A DNA stretch of 64,000 nt from Lama glama. Lineage: Eukaryota. The position numbers and the translations under genes were made by a program. The notes beneath the pieces are model-generated. The model saw only the letters and a program-made list of their open reading frames with translations, did no database searches and was not told where the DNA came from. Below are positions 54,710 to 64,000 of the stretch, piece by piece. The stretch spans positions 47,680,001 through 47,744,000 of the forward strand of contig CM052817.1 in NCBI GenBank assembly GCA_028534125.1, in the 5' to 3' direction. How positions within the stretch are numbered: the first letter of the stretch is position 1; every line of letters starts with the position of its first letter.

Positions 54710-55370
54710 TTTGTTATTCATTGACTACATTCAACAAAGCTTTTGGCTTGTTTCAGTTTGTTTTGGGCACTCACTACTTTATAGGAATTGCTTTAAGTTC
54801 TGGGGGATAAAAGGGTGAAAAACACCCTTCCTCTCTTGGCTTACATTCTAGTCACAGAAACAGACAATAAACCAAAAAACAAATATATACAGGAAATCGG
54901 TATTATGTTAGATGTTGATGAGTACCATGGAGAGAAAAACAGCAAAGAAAGTGAATTTGGAGAAGGAGAGGTATGGAAAAAGTGCTCTGGGCCTGTATAA
55001 ATATCTTCTAGAGGGAACAGCTAGGCCAATGTGGCTTGAATGGAGTAATAGGAAATAAACTCAGAGTGGAGGTCAGCACGTGTAGAACCTTATAAGTCAC
55101 TGAGAGACTGGAGTAGGACATGATTTGACTCATTTTATATGCTGGCTGCTGAGCTAGGGAAAGGCAGAGGGGCATCCCACCGAGGAGGTGGTTGCAGTGA
55201 TACGTAAGAGATATGATGGTGGCTGGAACCAAGGTGGTAGCAGAAGTGAGAAATGGTCAGATTCTGGACATTTTGGAGGTTGACTCTACAGAATCTGCTG
55301 AGGAATTGAGCTTATAAGGGAAAGAGTAGGGTCTAATTGGCCTGAACTACTAGAAGAAATGGATTCCCGT
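54710..55370 (-). mobile_element. L2 3' fragment
   Basis: attcattgactacattcaacaaa...cttacattctagt...gtgagaaatggtcagattctggacatttt. Confidence 0.75.
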
Positions 55371-58300
55371 AGACTAGAATCTTTTAAAAGGCCAAAAATA
55401 GATATTTAAGAACAGAACATTAACAAGGAGCAAATGAGATCCATCCTTCTTTTCCACACAATTTACTGTTCCTCTCTTTCCAATCCCATTATTCTTAACA
55501 AATGACAGGGCACCTGTTAGGTAAATGGTATTTCTAAACCGATCACACCCTCATCAGTTACAGAACTGTATGGGAAGTGAATTTTGAAAGATTCAATCTA
55601 GAGATCTTTAGAAGACCAACAAGAGTTGTTAATTAGGAAATCTTACTATGATTCTCAGCAGAGTTCACTTTGCTTCCTAAGTCAACTGATAACAACATGT
55701 TGAAAATATGAAGCTTATTGGCAAGTACAGCCAGGCCACTTCTCTTCATTTTGTAAATTTTTATATTCCAACAGAGAATTGTCTGATCTGAGTCATCAAT
55801 TAATACGACCTGTGTGGATGAGTTAATTTCAATTTCCAAAAGTACGTCTGGGAGGTTTTGACATAATTCTGTAAACTTTCTACTTCGTATAAAAAACCTA
55901 ATCGAAATTTTCATATCCATTGATAGATACCTAAAAGATTATAATTTTATGTATTCTGTAAGGTTTCACTAATTTAATATACAAATTTCATCAAGAATTT
56001 AGTGAAGCTGTAGAAAGAATAAGTTTAGGAGAGAATGCTATCTTCTGATTGTGAAATCTGAATCATGAAACATAGAAAATTAGATAATAGCACTGCAGAC
56101 ATAAATACTTGCAGAAATTTTCATTTTGGCCCAATTATTTGGCTAATAAAAATGGAAGGTTTCCAAGTTCTATTAAGATATTACTGCAGAGAAATTATCT
56201 TTTCTTAACTGCCTTTGGCTAAAGCTTTCTAATTTTTTTCTGTGCTTAGTTCCCTGCCTCTCACCTTCTTGTATCATAGTGAGAACATGTTATAGCCTTT
56301 TCAAGAGCCTTCAGTTGTTCGCTGTTCTAGACATTCTGTCTTTGATTCTCCAGATCTTCTGTCCAACCTCTTTACCCACTCTACACCCCTAGGCTGAGTT
56401 TGGACTATCCACGATGGGTATCCTGTTGAGATTAGTCCACAGAAGGGACCCCTGGGGACCCTATATCCCCATGTATGATACTTAGTCACTCTTTCTTGTT
56501 CATCATTTTTCTCTTGACTCTACACACAAGATGTAAAGTAATCCTTAAAGACAGGATGCATCTGCTTCATCTGAATATCCCCCAAACTCCCGCTAATATT
56601 TTACAAATAGGAGGTATGAAATAAACATGTATCCTATTCATTCAATTAAAAAAAGAACCTATTTAAAAAATCTTATAAGCTTTTCTGAAGTTTAAAAATA
56701 AGAGAAGAGAAAGGTGCTTCTAGCCTTCAAAGATTTTAAAGTCCTCGTTGGTGGTGCCTTACTACTCCCATGAGTTTACTCCCAAGCCCATCTGGGGTCA
56801 ACAGCTGAAATTCCACTGAGCTGACGTCCTGCTCCAACCAGGGTATACTGGAAACCCCTTGCCCATGTGGAAGCCACAGCTAATAGAGATTGGGTAGCCA
56901 CAGGATTCTGAGGTAGCCTAGGAATTCTGATGTATGTACATGATGTCTAAACAGGTGTTGCCTTACTGGGTGTGGAGCTAAAAGCCCCAAACCCCAAATC
57001 TCTGGTTAGTAAGAGTCTGTCTGTGCTTGAATGAATGAAAGGTTATGCACCTATGCTGAGAATGGGAGCTGAAGGAAATACTGAGCTGTGAATGACTGCA
57101 GACTGAGGGTGATTGGGGATGCAGGAAGAGTAAGTTGACTAATGGTTTTAGGTCAGGTAGAGCCAAGTCTTACCATACATGTCATGGATCAATAATTTCT
57201 ATATATGAGTAATTGTCAGGAATGTATAAGATGATAGTTCTGAAAGGGCTATGTAAACTAAAAAAAAAAAAATGGAGGACCAAAAGCAAATGTTATAATA
57301 ATGATGATCATTCCTTAAATTTCTCATGCCATTCTCCCCCCCTCCCAAGAACCACTGAATAAAAGATAATGGAGAATAAGAAAAACAAAATCATAAGTAA
57401 TGTTGTGTTTGTGGGAAGGCAGAGGTGGCACTGTGGTGGGGTAGAGGGATTGGAGTATGATGTGGTATTAACTCCTCATTTGCATATTCCCAGAGTGCCA
57501 GCACTCTTAGAGGCACATTATGTCAAAAATGGAAAAGATATCACAGATCTTCAAGGACAGCTGGTTTCAGTGGCCATACTTTAGGCCACTTGTGTGTACA
57601 TCCCTTTACAGCTGTAATCAAACAGCTATGATATAAATAGACAGAAAGATAAGTAGGTGGATCAGCAGATGTATCAGTAGATAGATATATATTATATGAT
57701 ACTTAGTTTTAGATATATTGGTCAGTAGGTAGATCCATACATATCATATATATTCTATGTATGTTTATATGTATTTATAATATATAGAGTAACTTTATAG
57801 ATTATTTGATAAAGCAATTCTGCCAATAAAAACATATCTGAAAATCCTTACTCCAAAATTCCTATTGTACACATGGAGAAGAGATTGAACACAATCACCT
57901 TAGATTTTAGAGCAAACAAATCCCTGGAAAGAAAGCCCAGCCACTGTGATTCAGAGTGTTTGTGGTGAAACGTATGAATCTGTATTTTAAGTGCTCCGGA
58001 CGATTCAGGGAGCATAGCTACAGAAACGGATCATCACTTAAGAACATAAGACTAGCAACCAAAGAGATTAAAGTTTTAAATTCTGTTCCACAATTTTTGA
58101 GTTGTATGACCTTCAACAATTGATTATTCCCTTTAAGCATCAGACACCCCACTTGAAAAGGAGAGTAAGAACACTGACCTGTCAATGAAGAATAAATGGG
58201 GAAGTATATTATGAGACTCTAAAATGATTTCGAGTATGTTACAGGTAATCAGTAGAGGAAATTGGAGATGATTAAACCTCAGTTTGAACAGGGGCAACGA

Positions 58301-59095
58301 TGATGAAGATATGTGGAAGGGTCTACAGGAAGTTGGGAGATAGAGGCAACAGAAACTGTTGACTGACTAGATGAAGAGTATGAGGGAGAAGGGGAGGGGG
58401 AAAGCAAAGTTGAATGGCTGGTTATTCACTGAGATGGAACATATGCTGGAACATGAGAGGACTCGTGCAAGTGGGAGGTACCTGTAGGATGTTCACGGGA
58501 AGATATAAGGACGGCAGTTACATACATGTCTATAACAGAGAAAAGGGATAAAAACTTTTCTGTCAGCAAATAAGAGGACCTGGAAATTGTGGCAGATGAT
58601 AAAGACTGGCTCATTCAGCTTAATTTCACCACTCCTGCAGTGTATCTTCAGCTAGAGGCTGGAAATCTGAAGACCCATTTCATAAATCCCTTTGCAGTTC
58701 AGTTTCAACACATGACCTAGATTCCACTGAACAAATGTATCCTCTAAGGTCTGGAAGCAAAATTCAGCCTGATGAGGGAAAGACTCACTTTTGTTCTTTC
58801 TGCTGGCAAGCCCAAATTTGAGTGTATTGGGTTTTTGTGTTGAGTTGTAACAGAAGTCCTAGTTTCTAGTCCTCAGCTTAATGTGTGTCAAGAGTTAGGG
58901 CATGGGGCATTCACTATGCTGGCAAAGATTATGCAGAGGTCATGTGACCCTGTAGTCACCATCTGTAGTATTGGTTTCCTGTTTTCCTTGCTTGCTAATC
59001 TTGGTGGAGGTAGTAGCTCTCTTGATGAACCAATTATATCATGTTGTTCTGAGAGTCATTCCCACAAGCTCAACCTGTAACTCAATTCTCTAGGC

Positions 59096-59301
59096 CAATA
59101 GAATATTCTGCCATGAGGAAAATGTTCTATAAATCTGTTGTCAAATATGGTAGCCACTAGCCACATGTGACTACTGATCACTTGAAATATGGTTAGCTCA
59201 ACTAAGGATCTGAATTATTACTTCTATTTAATTTAAATTAATTTAAATGTAAAACTTAAATAGCCACATGCAGTTAGTGGCTACCATGGTGGACAGCACA
59301 G
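59096..59301. mobile_element. MER3-like hAT-Charlie non-autonomous DNA transposon
   Basis: Internal inverted repeat atggtagccactagccacatgtg / cacatgcagttagtggctaccat; 8-bp flanks ctctaggc / ctctagac. Confidence 0.85.
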
Positions 59302-61279
59302 CTCTAGACCATCCAATGATTTTGTAAGCAACCAATTCCTTAGGTTTCTGTTATCTGTGATTAATGATTGATTAATATATGAAAGCTCACAGTTCCCCAA
59401 GGTAAATGCATAGAGCGAAAAAAGTTGTAAAATAATGCCAAAGGTAAACCTTGGAAAGGATGGCCAGAGAAGGAAATAAATGAAAATAGGAAACAAAGAT
59501 ACAAGAGAATTGGTGCTATATTAACCAACAGAGGAGTCTTTTAAGGAAAAGAAAGTCATCGGTAGAGAAAAAAGTAGAGCATCCATCATATAGTGGGTCA
59601 AGCAGTTGGTCATGGAGGACCCAAACTGCATCCTTGGAATGAGTCTTGCTTTATCCTCTTTTGCATGAGTGCCTCCTCCCCCAATATCTTGGGGGCTATA
59701 GAGACTTGCCATGTTCATGTTAATTTGGTGTTTGGGTGCAACAATGTGGAGGTGCCCGGAGAATAGCTAACAGTACCAATTCTGCTGCTTACTCTTCATG
59801 TCCTTGAGTAAATGATGACTACTTTCTAGCCTTCAGTCTCCCATGGGGGAAAAAAGCAGGAATAATAATACCACTTATGAAGAGTAAATTAAATGTTGAT
59901 GTGAGAGTGTTTGAAAGCTGAAAAGAAATGTGTATGTTCTAAACTATAAACATCCATCTCAAAGCCAGTCTTACAGCAGCCCCAGGTCTCACCTGGAACA
60001 CTGAGATACCTGTAGGAAAGAATGAGTAAGTAAATAGAGATCTGATTATAGGAAGACGCGAGCATTTGAAAAAAAACTGACAAATTGAATTTTGATAGAA
60101 CAAGGATAAATGTTAGTGTGAGAGATATCTGAAGAAAGTAATCTTATCTAAAAGCTGAGAGAAACAGCCAAAGAAATGTGACTTGCCACATAGGACAGGA
60201 ACTGAAGAAACTAAGTACGTCTTTGTGAACAAAACAGGCAAGAAGAAAGAAACTATAACGGCTTTGGCCTAGAAAGGTATTCTGTGGAGTAAATAAGAGG
60301 CTTACAGTCTTTATCCTTACCGTTAGTATCTCCCTTGATGTTTTTGATTATGTATTCCCTAAGACAAGCACTCTTGAGCTAGATATTCAGAGGATAGTAT
60401 ATAGAATTCAAAATGATTTTGAAAATGTCATAGAATAGCCAAGAGAACAGAAGAATTCAAGGCTGTGAGTAAAAGTCAAGGTCTGTATTCTCAGACAACA
60501 GATTGAATAAAGTGAACACAGAGATAAAAAGGAAAAAAAATCATATTGGAAAATGGTAGCCACAATTTATATAATTTTCTTTAGTTTCTGCAATAACTAA
60601 TTTCAACCTCAATTCTCTGACTTTCTACCTCTCAGAGGAAAGCATATCAGGTGATCATAATAAGTTTGACTTTTGGTTTTTAAACTCCTTTAAAATGCAG
60701 TGAGGGATTCAGCTAAAAGTGGTAGATAAAAGCTATTTCTATTTCACTCCATTATGAAACCAACCAAAATCAATGCAAAAACTGGAAAACAGACCAAAAT
60801 ATTCCATGAAACAGGTAAAAAACCATGAACTGAATTGTGATGAATATTGACAAATACAATAGTGGTCCTCTTGTCTTTAAATTCAAGCACATAGCAATTT
60901 CCTTAAACTAAATTTCTCTGATTGGAGAGCCATGTTGATGTGTCTATCTTGAAGAGTTTACCCTCACAATATATTGTCTGTGGTTTCCAATTTCAGTTTC
61001 TTAAAGTGGAGCAACAAATTAAAGATACCTATGAAACAGTGTGAGTTCAGAATCCCTCTAGGTTTGTTTGGTATCTTATACCTAATTTAGAGTAATTTTT
61101 AGTGATTCTTCCTTATCACTTATTCCAAAAGCATCTAATTGAGTTTCAATAAACAACCCTGTTTTTTATATTCATATATTATTTTACACAGAATTTTAAC
61201 TAAATTACTAGATACAAAAAAATAAACAGATTTGCATATAAACACAATGAAGCACACAAAGCAGCTAAGGAGAGCAGGA

Positions 61280-61835
61280 GAACGGAAGCACACAGAGCAT
61301 TACCCTCCAGCCACTAGCCATAAAATCAGACCAGCCTGGATCATGAAGTCACTACGTGGAAAAGAGCTACCTGTAGCTCATATGGACCCCAAATTTTGTG
61401 TAAGCAAATAAAATTCTATCAAGCCACTGAGAGTTTGAAGTTGTATGCTAATTCAGCATAACCTAACTTATCCCATAACCAACACTGAAGCTCTTACCTC
61501 TGCAGTATATTAGACTTTTCATCGACTCTTGCAGCTAAGTATGTCATGTTTCAAGTTTCTGTCCAATGAGAATTAAGATAATATCCATAGTAGTGTTCTG
61601 GAAAAACTTAATTTCCTCTTAAAAAGAACAAACGCAATTGGCTCTGCATTTTACTTACTTGACTGTACACATCTTATGATCATAAGTGACAATATGAGGA
61701 CAAAAGGCCAGCATGCTAATGATGATAAAGAATAAAAAAGAGTCTGGATAGTCTGGATATGTTGAGTAGTTGGTACCAGTATCAACAAGCAAGGACATGC
61801 ATACCTCTGGATTTTTTGTCAGCTGGGGAAAGGAG
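61280..61835 (+). mobile_element. MLT1 (ERVL-MaLR) LTR fragments
   Basis: aagccactgagagtttgaagttgt...cagcataacct; ccaatgag...catcttatgatcataag...cctctggattttttgt. Confidence 0.6.
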
Positions 61836-61869
61836 ATTTCAAAAAAAGACTGATAAATCAAAGTTGAGT

Positions 61870-62566
61870 AATGATATGTACATATATTTATATGCCACAT
61901 TTTCTTTAACCATTCATCTATTGATGGATACTTAAGTTGCTTCTGTATCTTGGCTATTATAAATAATTCTGCAATGAACATAGAGGTGCATGTATCTTTT
62001 CTAATTAGTGTTTTCATTTTCTTCAGATAAATATCCAGGAGTGGAATTGTTAAATTGCATAATGGTTCTACTTTTAACTTTTTAAGGACTCTTCATACTA
62101 TTTTCCAGTGACTACACCAATTGACATTCCCAGCAACAGTGGGTGAGGGTCTCTTTTTCTCACCAACACTTGTTATTTGTTGTCTTTTTTTAATAATAAC
62201 CATTCTGACAGACGTGAGGTGGTATCTAATGATGGGTTTTGATTTGCATTTTCCTGATGATTAGTGACGTTGAGCATGTTTTCATGTGTCTGTTGGCCAT
62301 TTATATGTCTTCTTTGGAGAAACGTCTATCAGATCCTCTATCTCCTGTTTTAATTGGGTTTTTTTTTTTAATGTTGAGTTGTGTGAGTTCTTTGTGTATT
62401 TTGGATATTAACCCCATACTGGATATATAATTTTCAAACATCCTCTATTAAGTAGGCAGCCTTTTCATTTTATTGATGGTTTCCTTCACTGTGCAAAAGG
62501 TTTTTAGTTTGATGTAGTCCCATTTGTTTATTTTTGCTTTTGTTACCCTTGCCTAAGGAGACATAT
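61870..62566 (-). mobile_element. L1 3' ORF2 fragment
   Basis: KTLIRKDTCTSMFIAELFIIAK...YPSIDEWLKKMW in ORF 61655-62017. Confidence 0.92.
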
Positions 62567-64000
62567 TAATCAGAGTCTATGAGAGTTCTAACAGATACAA
62601 GAGTCTAAACCCATCCTACTTAAAGGTTGATTGGTTCATAAAGAAATAATGAGCTGTGCAGAATGTAAATCATCTACATCCTTAAGCACATTGTTTTTAC
62701 CTAGCAAGACTTTCTTGATGAACCAAGCAATGTGCCAATTTATATCCTAGTGCAAGCTCCTTATAATATTGAAAACAGGAACAACCAGCAGTGGACTGGC
62801 TACTTACAATAGCACAGTTCCAAACAGTTCCAAACTCTGAATAAATTTTGAAATACTGCTTTTGTAATCTGTTCTTCCATTTTAGTGCTATTCAAGCTGA
62901 TAGCATAATTTCAAGGAATACTGAATAATATACCATAGAAAATCCTAGGATTTTTTTTTCTGATAAATTTGACAAGTTTTACTCTCTTTCATTGCACTTT
63001 CTGTGGCTAGCAATCTTTCTGTACACAGTAATTTTTCATTTCTCTGCATCAGAGAATAATTTTTGAAGACATTTCAAGTACAAAGTAGAGTTTCACATTT
63101 AAGAAAAATAATACAGAAACTTAATACAAACAACTAAGATGATAATTGTATCACACTATGCAAACAATGAAAATTATGTCACAATGAACTCCTCTGCCAA
63201 GTGTCAGATGCTTTTCTTTAATATCAAAGGATATGACCTTGTATCAGAAATTTAAAAATGGAAAAGTTGTGTCCTAAAGTTGAGTCAATATAATTATGTT
63301 GTTCAAAAGTTTTGCCCAAGCAGTTCAAGGAAAACTTCATGATTTTAGATTCCTAGTTTCCTTATTTAATTGTAGTCCTTTAGGTCTTCAATATTATAAG
63401 CACAGTTGGAAAATTCAATATGAATATTTAAATATAAAATGTTGGCCATATCACCAGAACTCCTAGAATCTAAACATCTGTGTGGACGAAAGGAGTATTG
63501 CTTTGATAAAGTGCTCTCTCAAAATGGGATTAAAGAACAGTTGAAGAATATGATATAATTCTAGAGAAATACAATTTTCCCCCCAAATTATATTTATGAT
63601 TGATTTCAAAATAAGATTATTAGTTCCACATTGAGATAAGCACTTCATAAGCTATGTTGAACATCAATTTCTTTAATTTTTAATCTTTCAATATGAACAC
63701 CTTTATAAAGTACACCTTAAACAAATTTCTAGACAAAATGATCACCTGCTTGTATGTCACAGCCAAGCCAAACTTTTATAAAAGTCTCAGAATGCTTATG
63801 TTCAGTTTCTGAACTTAATCTTGCCACAAACTAGGAACAAATAATTAGCAGATTGACACCACAGACAGCACTGATTGCTAGTTTGGTAACTTGTTAACCA
63901 AAGAACATTGATGATCCTTACAGAATTTTTTGCTATTATTGCCACATTTATCTTCTGTGTTTCTTGAAAATAAAAATATGAAATAGGCAATGATTCTCTC

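Overview
AT-rich, repeat-dense mammalian genomic DNA. It is probably from a cetartiodactyl: the youngest L1 3' ends look camelid-like to me, and I saw no Alu, B1, Bov-tA or PRE-1 SINEs. I could not recognise any host protein-coding gene, RNA gene or CpG island, and the ORFs I could identify are retroelement fragments. The main structure is a cluster of LTR elements at about 5.9-19.6 kb, all on the minus strand. At its centre is a complete 7.4-kb defective class-I (gamma-like) provirus at 11186-18597 with two LTRs, a 4-bp TSD, an Arg-tRNA-like PBS and gag/pro/5'RT/IN/env remnants. It is inserted into an older related provirus that also carries two solo LTRs. The rest is a patchwork of L1 (nested, chimeric and twin-primed copies), L2, MIR, ERVL/MaLR and DNA-transposon fossils, with a 100-N gap at 51982-52081. 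I found no convincing new biological system. The most unusual signals are the GC/CpG asymmetry between the two proviral LTRs, the pol-replacing AT-rich cassette shared by both proviruses, and several mechanistically informative L1 junctions. Repeat family names come from my recall of consensus sequences, not from a search. Boundaries without a TSD are approximate.
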